A DNA stretch of 64,000 bases from Paracoccaceae bacterium. Lineage in GTDB: Bacteria; Pseudomonadota; Alphaproteobacteria; Rhodobacterales; Rhodobacteraceae. The translations under genes and the position numbers were made by a program. This document shows, in pieces, positions 1-9,485 of the stretch (its first letter is position 1; every line of letters begins with the position of its first letter). Under the pieces are notes generated by a model, which saw only the letters and a list, made by a program, of their open reading frames with translations, did no database searches and was not told the DNA's origin. Where the stretch lies: positions 3,283 through 67,282 of the forward strand of contig JBFOME010000004.1 in NCBI GenBank assembly GCA_040830705.1, read 5' to 3'.

Positions 1-1422
1 CGCGGTTGCTTGCAGAAACTGAAACAACGCCGTGACTAGCGCGACCGAGATCAGGACCCCGGTTATCTCCAAGACCAGCCCGCTTTCGGCATGGGGGATC
101 GCCACACTGATCAACGTTGCGGTCAGGGATGGGGTGATCAGGCTGATCAGCCCGCCGAGCACGCCGAACAAGAGCAATGCAATCAAATCTCTGCCACTGC
201 CACGCAACCCGGTCCGCAACAGATCGCGAAAGCCGATCTTGTCCTGCATCAGGGTCGGATAGACTGCATAGGCGCGTTCCATCAGCGAGGCAGCAAGGCG
301 TGCGTCCACAACATGCGTCTGATCTGTGCGGGGATCATAGGCCAGCGCGCCCTTGCGATTTGGCGACCAGATCGCAAGCGGATGCCCCTCGGCGGTCTGC
401 ACGATCATCGGAAGGCTCTTGCCCCGCCACCAACCATCGGTCAGTTGCACTTCGCGACTGGACAGGTTGGTCTGGGTCAAAAGCGCGCTCAGCGACCTTT
501 CAGAGCCGCTCATCTTCGGGGCAGCGGCGTTTTCCGGAATCTCGATATTCAAGATGTCGGCAAGGAAATCGACAACCTTGGACAGATCATCCTGCGCGCC
601 CAGCCGATAAGTGCCCGGTTTTTTGTGGCGCGTCACCACCAGAGCGTCGTTCAGGGATTTGCTCAGCTGCGCGGCATCAAGCTCTTTGCGCCCCGCCTGC
701 TGGTCGCGCGCCCGTTTTTCGAGCAACTCGATCTTTTTCGACAATCCTTGCAGCGCGTGGGTCTGGAACAGCGACAACCCAGCCTGAGCCTGACCGTCAG
801 CGACGATGTCCGACCAGTCTCGGGTTTCCAGCGTTCCGACCTTGTCCGTTGTCAGCCACGCCATCGCAGCAATTGGAAACCAGACCGGTGTCGGCGCAAG
901 TTGAGTTGCGTCACAGAACGTCAGCTGAGTTTCCGACCGAACCCAGACCGTACCCTTGCCCGCGCAATAACTGGAGTGTGCTGCAATCTGTCCGGGCATC
1001 ACTTCACCGTCGAACACGGTCTTGCGCTCGGCACTCTCGATTACTGCTTCGCTGAGCTTCGATATCCACAGGTCAATCGCCGGACCCAATTCAGACAGGC
1101 TGTCGGGCTGCACCAACAGCGTGGACACTGGCAGTTTCAGAATTCTTGTGTGCACGGAACCGTTGCCAATCAGGGCAACGGGCGGTTTGATATCCTCGAT
1201 CTGGCCACCAAAGATAATCTCGCCTGACTGGGCCGTCAGGACATGCGTGCGCAGGCCGATGGTGTTGCCATCCGCGTCCAGATGGGTTGCAAAAACCTCA
1301 ACCGAGCCCTGCGCAACAAACCAGCAGCTATTGGGGTCGGTCAGAACAACGGGACCTTCCCCATAGGCCGCGACATTCTGTCCCTTGGTTTCAAACACCG
1401 CCCGCAGGGCGCTGCAGGTCAT
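1..1422 (-). CDS. NHLM/NHLP bacteriocin system ABC transporter, ATP-binding/permease subunit without peptidase (partial, runs off left edge)
   Basis: Not in the ORF track. Manual minus-strand translation from ATG at 1422 is open to base 1: MTCSALRAVFETKG...DPNSCWFVAQGSVEVFA...EIIFGG...LTDGWWRGKSLPMI...LIALLLFGVLGGLISLITP. It has the long N-terminal extension, GWW motif and start of the ABC TM domain typical of TIGR03797-type proteins, and starts 10 nt after the upstream stop. Confidence 0.85.
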   Translation of the reverse strand, partial: MTCSALRAVFETKGQNVAAYGEGPVVLTDPNSCWFVAQGSVEVFATHLDADGNTIGLRTHVLTAQSGEIIFGGQIEDIKPPVALIGNGSVHTRILKLPVSTLLVQPDSLSELGPAIDLWISKLSEAVIESAERKTVFDGEVMPGQIAAHSSYCAGKGTVWVRSETQLTFCDATQLAPTPVWFPIAAMAWLTTDKVGTLETRDWSDIVADGQAQAGLSLFQTHALQGLSKKIELLEKRARDQQAGRKELDAAQLSKSLNDALVVTRHKKPGTYRLGAQDDLSKVVDFLADILNIEIPENAAAPKMSGSERSLSALLTQTNLSSREVQLTDGWWRGKSLPMIVQTAEGHPLAIWSPNRKGALAYDPRTDQTHVVDARLAASLMERAYAVYPTLMQDKIGFRDLLRTGLRGSGRDLIALLLFGVLGGLISLITPSLTATLISVAIPHAESGLVLEITGVLISVALVTALFQFLQATA

Positions 1423-1432
1423 TGTTTCCGGA

Positions 1433-3574
1433 TCAGTATTTGACAAGGTCATGAAACGCCCCCCCGGCTGACATCAACGACTGGAAACTGCCGCGTTCGG
1501 TGACCTTGCCCTGATCAAGCACTAGGATTTCTTCGGAATCGCGGATCGTCGACAAACGATGCGCGATGATCAGGCAGGTGCACCCCCGCCGGCGGATATT
1601 CTGGTCGATCTTTTCTTCGACCTGCGCATCAAGCGCGCTGGTGGCCTCGTCCAGGATCAGAATACTGGGCTCAAGCGCCAGTGTGCGCGCGATCTCAAAA
1701 CGCTGTGCCTCCCCCCCGCTCAGATCGCGCCCGCCTTCGGAGAGCTGGCTTTGGTAGCCGCCGGGCCTGCGGATGATCAGATCATGAATCTCTGCATCTT
1801 TGGCCGCCTGTATCACGGTCTCCATCGAGATCGTGTCATTCCAAAGCGTGAGATTGTCATAGACCGTGCCCTCGAACAGGTTGGGTTCTTGTGCCACCCA
1901 CCCGATCGAACTGTCGCGCAGCGCTGGCGGGATTTCATCGCGGGTCATCCCATCATAGAGGATCTCGCCCTTGGTCGGATGATAGAGCCCCGCCACCATC
2001 TGACCGATCGTGGATTTGCCACTGCCCGTCGACCCGACCAGAGCAACACGCATGCCGGGCTGGATCACCATGTTCAGATCTTCGACCAGCAACGGCCCCG
2101 AGGTCGTGTAGCCAAAGCTGACATCCCTCAGCTCGATCCGCCCCGTCAGCTTCGCGGCGTCGCTGTCAGAGGCCTTGGCAGGCGTTACAAACTCTTCGGC
2201 GACGTCATGCTGCAGGATATCGTTGACCCGCGTCAGCGACGCACCAACACTCTGAAACTGGCTGACAAACTGGACAAGCCCCTCGAACGGGCGCGAGAAC
2301 GCCGTCATCAGCGCGAGAAACGCGACCAGACCGCCAACGGTCAACTGTCCGTTGACAATGTGGAAACTGCCGACGCCGAGTACGATGGCGGTGGTCAGCG
2401 ATGTCGCGACGCTGGGCAGTATGCCGATCACATTCATGATCCTGCCAAGCTGCTGTTCGGTATTGACCATCCTTGCATGGGTACCGGACCACCTTGAAAA
2501 GACCTGGTCTTCGCTGGCTCCGGCCTTGATCGTGTCAATCGCGCGCGTGCTGAAGACACCCACACCCATCAGCAGAGCGTTCTCGATTTCCAGTTTCAGA
2601 CTGGTATTGCGCAAAGCCCGCTGCGCCTGAAAACACCCGATCGCGACAAACAAGTTCACGGCGATACCGATCACCGTCAGCAGTGGATCATAGCCAAACA
2701 TCACAATCGCGAAAAAGACCACGGTAAGAAAGTTAGCAAAGTTTCGGCAAAGCTGCGTGCCGAGCATCTGCGCAATTGAATCGTTCGACAACATGCGGGC
2801 GACCAGATCGCCGGGGCTGCGTTGCGCAAAGAACCGGACCGGTAGTTTCATCAGCCGAGATTGGAAAAAGGCCGCACCAGTGAGGGACATCTTGTTTTCG
2901 ATCTGCATCAGGGACCATTCCTGCAGCCAGACCATGACGGCATAAGCGATCACCGCCACGATCATCGAAAACAGCAGGGGCCGCAGCACGTCGGTCGCGC
3001 CTTGAATCAGCACCGTATCGATAAAAATCTTCGAAAACGTTGGAACGGTAAGTCCCGGCACGATCAGCAGCAGGCTGACAAGCCCTAGCATCACAAGGCC
3101 GGATTTGACCTGCACAAGCCGCATTTTCATGTCCGCCCATGCGCTGGTCCGCCGTCCGGTACGCTTGAAATCCTTTGTGGGTTCAAAGCTGAGGGCGAGG
3201 CCGGTGAACCCATCGCTGAACGCCTCAAGACTTATCGTTCTGGGGCCTGTTTCGGGGTCGTTGATGTAAACGCAATTCTTACCGAACCCTTCGACAACCA
3301 GGAAGTGACGGAACTCCCAGAATACGATGAAGGGCGCTTTCATCTCGGCCACCTTTTCAAGGCTGAGGCGGAACCCCTTGGCCGTCAGATCATGCTCGCG
3401 CGCAGCACGCACCACATCGGCGGCGTTGCACCCGTCCCTTGAGACGTTGCAGGTGACGCGCAGCTCATCCAGCGGAACCCATTTGCCGAAATACTCCAGC
3501 ATGATCGCCAGCGAGGCCGCGCCGCACTCGACCGCCTCCATCTGGATGACGGTTGGTGTTCTGACCCGGCTCAT
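1433..3574 (-). CDS. NHLM bacteriocin system ABC transporter with C39 peptidase domain
   Basis: N-terminal VRTPTVIQMEAVECGAASL (catalytic Cys) and FWEFRHFLVVEG (His); TM domain; Walker A GSTGSGKS; signature LSGGEAQR; Walker B ILILDEATSALD. Confidence 0.93.
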   Translation of the reverse strand: MSRVRTPTVIQMEAVECGAASLAIMLEYFGKWVPLDELRVTCNVSRDGCNAADVVRAAREHDLTAKGFRLSLEKVAEMKAPFIVFWEFRHFLVVEGFGKNCVYINDPETGPRTISLEAFSDGFTGLALSFEPTKDFKRTGRRTSAWADMKMRLVQVKSGLVMLGLVSLLLIVPGLTVPTFSKIFIDTVLIQGATDVLRPLLFSMIVAVIAYAVMVWLQEWSLMQIENKMSLTGAAFFQSRLMKLPVRFFAQRSPGDLVARMLSNDSIAQMLGTQLCRNFANFLTVVFFAIVMFGYDPLLTVIGIAVNLFVAIGCFQAQRALRNTSLKLEIENALLMGVGVFSTRAIDTIKAGASEDQVFSRWSGTHARMVNTEQQLGRIMNVIGILPSVATSLTTAIVLGVGSFHIVNGQLTVGGLVAFLALMTAFSRPFEGLVQFVSQFQSVGASLTRVNDILQHDVAEEFVTPAKASDSDAAKLTGRIELRDVSFGYTTSGPLLVEDLNMVIQPGMRVALVGSTGSGKSTIGQMVAGLYHPTKGEILYDGMTRDEIPPALRDSSIGWVAQEPNLFEGTVYDNLTLWNDTISMETVIQAAKDAEIHDLIIRRPGGYQSQLSEGGRDLSGGEAQRFEIARTLALEPSILILDEATSALDAQVEEKIDQNIRRRGCTCLIIAHRLSTIRDSEEILVLDQGKVTERGSFQSLMSAGGAFHDLVKY

Positions 3575-4812
3575 TGCACACCGACCCAGCTTTTAAGCGT
3601 CGGCAGAAGCAATGTGATGGGGGCCTGCTCGCGCACGGTCACCGAGACACTCGCCAATGTGCCTGCCGAGAGCTCGGTGTCACTGGCATTGGCAGTGGTC
3701 CAGATCAGGTCGCCACTTTCGTCGCGATCCATCGAGATGCGGACCAGCAAGGGTGCCCCTTCCTGCACAAATTGATTGACGAGGTTCTGGTTCTGCAGGA
3801 TCGCAAAAAGTGCCTCTGACGACAGCGGAAAGCGTGAGACATCCTGCACCGTCCCCCGCACCGTGCCATATTCTTCCTGCTGATAGGATGCCGGGGAAAT
3901 CCGTACACCCATGCCAGGCGTGACCAGCTTGGCCTGGCCCGCATTGATGAAGGCCAGCGTATCGAGATGGGCGTTTGGCTTGATGATGGACATGACCGGC
4001 CGACCCGCATCAAGATAGGCCCCCTGAGCCACCAGTATGGGCGAGACCTCGCCCGCGACCGGCGCATAGATGGTTTCGGTCTCGGCAACCATATCTTCCA
4101 ACTCGATCACCTGAACGGTCAGTTCCGAGTGGTTCCGCTCCAGATCCAAGATACGCTGACGCCAATTTGTGACGCGTTCTTCGCGATTTAGGTCAAGCTG
4201 AGCGATGTCATTCTTGACGGACTCGATTTCCTGACGCGCCACGAAGTACTGGCTGCGCAATTCATCGACCGAGGCCACATTGGTAAAGCCGCGTTCCAGC
4301 AAGTGCTCGTTGCCCGTCAAACGGCTTTCGAACGCGTCAGCCATTTCCTTTGTATGTTCCAGCTTGCTGTCCATTGCCGCACGCTGCAATCCTTGCAGGC
4401 GGTCGAACTCTTCAAGCTCCGTGTCCCGCATCGTCTTATAGTCTTCGATGGATTGCGCCGCCTCGTCCGCCAGCAACCGTGCATGTTCCAACCGGCCAAC
4501 CAGACCGGGGTTCGATACCGAAGCCAGCACATCGCCCGCCTCGACGATGTCACCCTGATCCACATAGAGCTCGGTCAGCGTTCCGGAGCCAAGTGCGACA
4601 ACCTCGGTAAGCTCGGTGTCCTGATAGACAATGAACGCGGGACCCAGAACGCGGGTCTGAATGGTTCCCTTGATCCCCCATGCGAGCAGAACAGCAAACC
4701 CGAAGAGCAATGCAGATACCAGAACCCATGTCAACGGCGACGTCACGGCCACCGCAACTTTGAGTTCCTCGGGGGTCGAGAGCTTCTTTAAGGCTTTCTC
4801 ACGAAATTGCAT
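3571..4812 (-). CDS. NHLM bacteriocin system secretion protein (HlyD-type membrane fusion protein)
   Basis: MQFREKALKKLSTPEEL N-terminus, single TM, long coiled coil, C-terminal lipoyl-like and beta-barrel region. Start placed at ATG 4812 behind GAGGAG; stop overlaps the next ATG. Confidence 0.9.
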   Translation of the reverse strand: MQFREKALKKLSTPEELKVAVAVTSPLTWVLVSALLFGFAVLLAWGIKGTIQTRVLGPAFIVYQDTELTEVVALGSGTLTELYVDQGDIVEAGDVLASVSNPGLVGRLEHARLLADEAAQSIEDYKTMRDTELEEFDRLQGLQRAAMDSKLEHTKEMADAFESRLTGNEHLLERGFTNVASVDELRSQYFVARQEIESVKNDIAQLDLNREERVTNWRQRILDLERNHSELTVQVIELEDMVAETETIYAPVAGEVSPILVAQGAYLDAGRPVMSIIKPNAHLDTLAFINAGQAKLVTPGMGVRISPASYQQEEYGTVRGTVQDVSRFPLSSEALFAILQNQNLVNQFVQEGAPLLVRISMDRDESGDLIWTTANASDTELSAGTLASVSVTVREQAPITLLLPTLKSWVGVQ

Positions 4813-5063
4813 GTTTCTCCTCACTCTCTACCGAACATGTGCGGGCAGGAAATGCCGAAGGTGCCGCCTGAATTGAATATTTCAGATGCGGTGTGGCCGG
4901 GTGAGGTTCAATGGGCTGAGCTCGGCAAGGGCGGCGATAATCCCCAAATACGGGCGTTCAAGGCCGTATATTAAGCAGTCTTAACGTCCGCCACCGCCAG
5001 GGTTAACTTTCCAACAGCTGATTTTGAAACCGAAGCCGATCGTTGAACCGGCAATTCTTTGTG

Positions 5064-6023
5064 TCAGCGGATAATGTTTTTGCGGCGCAGTTCGGCCCAA
5101 AGTGCCGCAGGAAGATCGGCGCGGAACTGGTCGATATTGCGCAAAAGCGAGCTGGGATTTGACGTCCCGATCAAGGTGGACGCGACATGCGCGCTTTGTG
5201 CCGGATATTGCAAGGCGGCAGCAGCCATCGGAGCGTCATGGCGGGCGCAGAGTTCCTGGATCATCGCCGCCCGCGCGCGGATATCCGGCGGGGCAGGGGC
5301 GTAGTTGTATTGCGCGTCTTCCACCGGTCCGGTGGCAAGGATGCCGGAATTGAACACCCCGCCGATTACCAGCTTGGTACCGTGCCGTGTGAGCAGCGGG
5401 AACAGCCGATCGGCGGCAGTTTGTTCCAGCAACGTGTAGCGACCGGCAAGCAGGATCAAATCAATGTCGAACTGTCCAAGGAGCTCTTCGCAGATCTCGA
5501 CAGTGTTGACACCGATCCCTATGGTCGAGACCGCTCCGCTGTCTTTCAGAGCGCGCAGTGCCTTGTATCCGCTCTCCAGCAGTTGGGCGCGGTGATGCGG
5601 CGTGTCGGTGCCCGCATCGGGATCGCCGATGTCATGCACAAAAACGATATCGATGCGGTTGAGCCCAAGGCGTTGATGGCTGTCCTCTAATGAACGCATG
5701 ATCGCGTCATAGGTGAAGTCGAAATCCTGCCGGAAGGGTAGGGAGCTGTGAAAGCCGTTGACCACTTCTGGTGAGGTAGCTGTGGGGGTTAGAACGCGAC
5801 CGACCTTGGTCGACAGCACCCAACCATCCTTGTCACGCAGAAAATCCCCGACACGCCGCTCAGACGAACCGTTGTCATAATGCGGTGCAGTGTCGAAGTA
5901 GCGGATACCTGCGTCCCATGCAGTTTGCAGGACCTCATGCGCCGCCCGCGCGCTCACCGGTTTATAAAGTCCGCCAAGACTGGCCGTACCAAAAGAAAGG
6001 GTGTGGTCAGATGTCAGGATCAT
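5064..6023 (-). CDS. Aldo/keto reductase, aldose (L-galactose/L-fucose/D-threo-aldose) 1-dehydrogenase-like
   Basis: FGTASLGGLY, GIRYFDTAPHY, LSTKVGR, RIDIVFVHD, LLAGRYTLL, GGVFNSGIL motifs of the sugar-dehydrogenase AKR subgroup. Confidence 0.8.
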   Translation of the reverse strand: MILTSDHTLSFGTASLGGLYKPVSARAAHEVLQTAWDAGIRYFDTAPHYDNGSSERRVGDFLRDKDGWVLSTKVGRVLTPTATSPEVVNGFHSSLPFRQDFDFTYDAIMRSLEDSHQRLGLNRIDIVFVHDIGDPDAGTDTPHHRAQLLESGYKALRALKDSGAVSTIGIGVNTVEICEELLGQFDIDLILLAGRYTLLEQTAADRLFPLLTRHGTKLVIGGVFNSGILATGPVEDAQYNYAPAPPDIRARAAMIQELCARHDAPMAAAALQYPAQSAHVASTLIGTSNPSSLLRNIDQFRADLPAALWAELRRKNIIR

Positions 6024-6029
6024 AATTGC

Positions 6030-7232
6030 TTACGCCGCGCTGTGGCAGCCGGGCTCCGGCCGCGTTTGGGATTTATAGGTCAGGACGAATTCGGTATGGC
6101 CTAAATCTTCGGATGCGGTGGTAGCGCCCCTGGCGAGGGCGGTGACCTTTCCGAAAATCTCTTCCCCAACCTCGTCCAGCGTCGCCTCGCCGGTCAGGAT
6201 GCGCCCGGCGTCGACGTCCATATCCTCGGCCATGCGCGCATAGGTGTCCGGATTGGCGCAAACCTTGAGGACAGGCGAAATGGCAGAGCCTACAACCGAG
6301 CCGCGCCCAGTCACAAAGATCACCGCATGCACCCCGCAAGAGATCAATTCGACAATCTCGGCCGTGTCGTTGATGTTGGGGAAGCCGAATTTTGGCGGGC
6401 CGTCAGGAACAACGTCCAAAAGATAAAGGCCGCCGGTTGCCGCCCGCTGGGCGGGACGCAGGATGCCAGATATCTGGCTGTCACCAGATTTTGCATAAGC
6501 ACCCAGCGATTTCTCTTCGATCGTCGACAAACCGCCTGTGGCGTTGCCCTGTGAGAATGAGCCATAACCCATCGCGGCATAATAGGCGGCGGCCTTCTCG
6601 ACAGTACGGATCAGTTCCTGCTTGAGGGCAGGCGTGGCTGCACGAGCAGCCATGACGTGTTCGCAGCCGATCAACTCTCCGGTTTCTTCAAAAATGCAGG
6701 TGCCACCGGCGGCGACCAACTTGTCAAAGGCACGGCCAGCGGCGGGGTTGCCGGTCATTCCTGAGGTGGCGTCCGATCCGCCACAGATCGTACCGATGAC
6801 AAGGTCCGAGTGACGGATCTGCACACGGGGCTGGCATTGCAGCTCGGCGCGTCGCGCATCCACCCAAGCGCGGCCCTCATCGATCGCGGATCGGGTGCCG
6901 CCCACGTCCTGAATGGTCGTCAGCTGCACGGGCCGGCCCGAGGCTTCGACCGCGCGAAGAAGCTCGGTCTTGCGGAAGTTTTCACATCCGAGCGAGACAA
7001 GCTGAACCGCACCGACATTAGGATGGGTGCACAAGGCTTCCATCATCTCCTGCCCGTAACGGCTTGGGAAACATCCTGAAAAGCCAATGACCTGTACGTC
7101 CTGATCGGGATAACCTCGGGCGATCTGCGTGCAAACGTGATGCGCGCATTCAACCAGATATGCAACAAGTACAATGTTGCGGATGCCCTTGCGCCCGTCA
7201 CTGCGCTGCCATCCGGTTATCGGCGAACTCAT
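6030..7232 (-). CDS. UxaA-family (altronate/galactarate dehydratase) large subunit
   Basis: RSDGRKGIRN, HPNVGAVQLVSLGCE, CGGSDATSG, GGLSTIEEKSLG, FVTGRGS motifs; lacks the N-terminal SAF domain. Confidence 0.85.
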   Translation of the reverse strand: MSSPITGWQRSDGRKGIRNIVLVAYLVECAHHVCTQIARGYPDQDVQVIGFSGCFPSRYGQEMMEALCTHPNVGAVQLVSLGCENFRKTELLRAVEASGRPVQLTTIQDVGGTRSAIDEGRAWVDARRAELQCQPRVQIRHSDLVIGTICGGSDATSGMTGNPAAGRAFDKLVAAGGTCIFEETGELIGCEHVMAARAATPALKQELIRTVEKAAAYYAAMGYGSFSQGNATGGLSTIEEKSLGAYAKSGDSQISGILRPAQRAATGGLYLLDVVPDGPPKFGFPNINDTAEIVELISCGVHAVIFVTGRGSVVGSAISPVLKVCANPDTYARMAEDMDVDAGRILTGEATLDEVGEEIFGKVTALARGATTASEDLGHTEFVLTYKSQTRPEPGCHSAA

Positions 7233-7543
7233 TTGCTTTCTGCTTTCATGTCCTCGACCACTGTGTATCGACTGGCGATATTGTGCAGATGCACATGCTC
7301 GCCCTGGGCGATGTCGCTGGAGGCAAAGCCTATGGGGGCGCCATATTTGAGAACATCCGCTCCGGCAGGGATCGCGGTTAAGGCGATCTTGTGCCCCATT
7401 TCCAGATCGGCGGGGGCGGTGAAGGTCATCGAATCCAAGGTCATTGCATCGCCCCTGCCTACGGCTTGCGCCAGTACCGCCACATTGTCTTTCACATGCA
7501 GACGCAGCAGCCCGACTGCAGGCTCTGAAACACTGTTTACCAT
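7229..7543 (-). CDS. UxaA-family small (SAF domain) subunit
   Basis: LHVKDNVAV, GHKIAL, VLKYGAPIG, GEHVHLHN; AGGAGG RBS; ATGA overlap with the large subunit. Confidence 0.87.
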   Translation of the reverse strand: MVNSVSEPAVGLLRLHVKDNVAVLAQAVGRGDAMTLDSMTFTAPADLEMGHKIALTAIPAGADVLKYGAPIGFASSDIAQGEHVHLHNIASRYTVVEDMKAESK

Positions 7544-7556
7544 CGCCGCGACCTCC

Positions 7557-7614
7557 TAAAATGTATCTTTTGCAAAAAAAACAATTGACGGCAACATAAA
7601 ATGTTTTTTACGCA
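7557..7614. promoter_or_regulatory. Divergent promoter with two TAAAATGT-core repeats flanking a TTGACG -35 element
   Basis: TAAAATGTATCTTTTGCA at 7557 and TAAAATGTTTTTTACGCA at 7597 (40 nt apart); TTGACG at 7585-7590; AT-rich island between divergent operons. Confidence 0.45.
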
Positions 7615-7647
7615 TAGAAAGCATTTTTGCGGGAACTGCAGGGAACG

Positions 7648-8439
7648 ATGGGTGTGATTGAGGCAAAAGGCGCCAAGCCGCCGGTTCTGGAAGCACAAGG
7701 AATTTCAAAGCACTACGGTGGTATCGTTGCGCTCGACAGTGTTGATCTGACCCTGCTGGAAGGCGAGGTGCTGGCCGTTGTAGGTGACAATGGCGCAGGA
7801 AAGTCCACGCTGATCAAGGCCCTGACCGGTGCGATCCTCAGGACAAGCGGCACGATCCGGTTTGACGGGGTGGAAACTCAGATCGACACGCCAACAGACG
7901 CCAAAGCCGCCGGGATCGAGACCGTTTATCAGGACCTCGCACTGGTCAACGAAATCTCAATCACCAAGAACGTTTTTCTGGGTCGCGAAATTGTGCGCGA
8001 CGATTGGTTGGGGCGTTGGTTCGGGGTGCTCGACTTTAAGAAAATGGACGCCGAAATTCGCAATCTGTTCAGCAAGCTGGATGTACGTATCGCTGACATT
8101 TACCGCGAGGCCGAGGCGTTTTCCGGCGGGCAACGGCAGGCCGTCGCCTTGTCCAAAACCGTGCTCTTTGGCAAGCGCGTGGCCATCCTTGACGAACCGA
8201 CCGCAGCCCTTGGCGTGCGCGAGAGCCAGATGGCGATGGACCTTGTCCGCTCACTGAAAGACCACGGGCTGTCAGTCATCATGATCACCCATAACATGCA
8301 GCATGTCTTGAACTATTGTGACCGGGTCATGGTGCTCAGGCTAGGGCGGCTGGTGGCGGTGCGTAACGTGAAAGACGTCGACGGGGACACCTTGGTTGGG
8401 CTGATCACCGGCGCAAGTGAAACGGCGGTGGTGTCATGA
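7648..8439 (+). CDS. Sugar ABC transporter ATP-binding protein (single domain)
   Basis: GDNGAGKS, YQDLAL, FSGGQRQAVA, ILDEPTAALGVRES; start placed at ATG 7648. Confidence 0.92.
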   Translation: MGVIEAKGAKPPVLEAQGISKHYGGIVALDSVDLTLLEGEVLAVVGDNGAGKSTLIKALTGAILRTSGTIRFDGVETQIDTPTDAKAAGIETVYQDLALVNEISITKNVFLGREIVRDDWLGRWFGVLDFKKMDAEIRNLFSKLDVRIADIYREAEAFSGGQRQAVALSKTVLFGKRVAILDEPTAALGVRESQMAMDLVRSLKDHGLSVIMITHNMQHVLNYCDRVMVLRLGRLVAVRNVKDVDGDTLVGLITGASETAVVS

Positions 8440-9422
8440 GCCAGGCCGACAGCTCCTCGGCGGAATCGACACCCGGCGGTACTGCCAGGGGGGTCGATCT
8501 GCTAAAGCACAACTTCATGCAGATCTGGCAAGTGCTCGCAGCGCTGGTGCTGATCTATGGTTTCTTTTTCATCATGTCGCCACCGTTCCGCAGTTTCGAC
8601 ACGCTCCTGTCGATCTTCGGGCAGGCGTCAATTCTGGCAATCCTGGCCTGTGGCACGACGATTGTGCTGATCTCGGGCGGGCTTGATCTGTCTGTGGGCT
8701 CGATCTTTGCCGTGGTCGGCGTCTCTGTCGGCATCTTCATGGCCGAATGGGGCCTGCCGCCCTATCTGGCGGTCGGGTTGGGGCTAGCAATCGGAGCGGG
8801 GTTGGGCGCGCTGAACGGTACGATACAGGTGCTGACGAATGTGCCTGCCTTCATTGTCACCTTGGGAGGGCTTACCGCCTATAAGGGGCTTGCCGAAATT
8901 TTGGCCAGCGGTCGCGACCTTTCGCGCTTTCCCGACGCGTTCCGGGTTCTGGGCACGGGCAATACTGTCCCGATGCTGGTCATGTTTGCGGTCGCGATCC
9001 TGACCGGGCTGTTTCTGACCAAAACGCGGCTCGGCAGCCGCGCCTTTGCAATCGGTGGCAATCAGGAGGTCGCGCGCCTGTCCGGCGTGCCGGTCGCAAA
9101 AAGCCGGGTCTACTACTACATGCTGGGCGGTCTTCTGGCCGGTCTGGCTGCGATCATCGAAGTTTCGAAGCTGAACTTCGCCATGCCAGCCCGTGGGCAA
9201 AGCTATGAGCTTTATGCCATCGCTGCTGTCGTGATCGGCGGCACCAGCCTTTTCGGCGGGCGCGGCGGTGTCGGGAAAACGCTGCTCGGCATGTTCATCA
9301 TGCAAACCATTATTGTCGGATTGTCCTATATGGGCGTCGGCACCTCATACCAGCGCATTGCAATCGGCGCGATCATCATTGCCGCCGTTTATTGGGATGT
9401 CTGGCGACGATCGGCGCGATGA
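8436..9422 (+). CDS. Sugar ABC transporter permease (RbsC-like)
   Basis: ISGGLDLSVGS, AIGGNQEVARLSG, YELYAIAAVVIGGTSLFGGRG. Confidence 0.92.
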   Translation: MSQADSSSAESTPGGTARGVDLLKHNFMQIWQVLAALVLIYGFFFIMSPPFRSFDTLLSIFGQASILAILACGTTIVLISGGLDLSVGSIFAVVGVSVGIFMAEWGLPPYLAVGLGLAIGAGLGALNGTIQVLTNVPAFIVTLGGLTAYKGLAEILASGRDLSRFPDAFRVLGTGNTVPMLVMFAVAILTGLFLTKTRLGSRAFAIGGNQEVARLSGVPVAKSRVYYYMLGGLLAGLAAIIEVSKLNFAMPARGQSYELYAIAAVVIGGTSLFGGRGGVGKTLLGMFIMQTIIVGLSYMGVGTSYQRIAIGAIIIAAVYWDVWRRSAR

Positions 9423-9485
9423 GACTGTCTCACATGGCGCACATAACCGCCCCAAACGGGCATTCTTGATACTCTGGGAGGAACC

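Noticed and set aside
91-1227. 378-aa plus-strand ORF
   Set aside because: Antisense shadow of the minus-strand NHLM ABC gene, which the track missed because it has no stop in the window.
4813-5063. Possible RiPP precursor upstream of the NHLM exporter
   Set aside because: No ORF with an RBS, NHLP/Nif11 leader or GG cleavage motif found.
6030-7543. Sulfolactate sulfo-lyase (SuyAB) assignment for the split UxaA
   Set aside because: Same architecture, but the context is sugar/aldonate catabolism with no sulfonate or sulfite-handling genes; not formally excluded.
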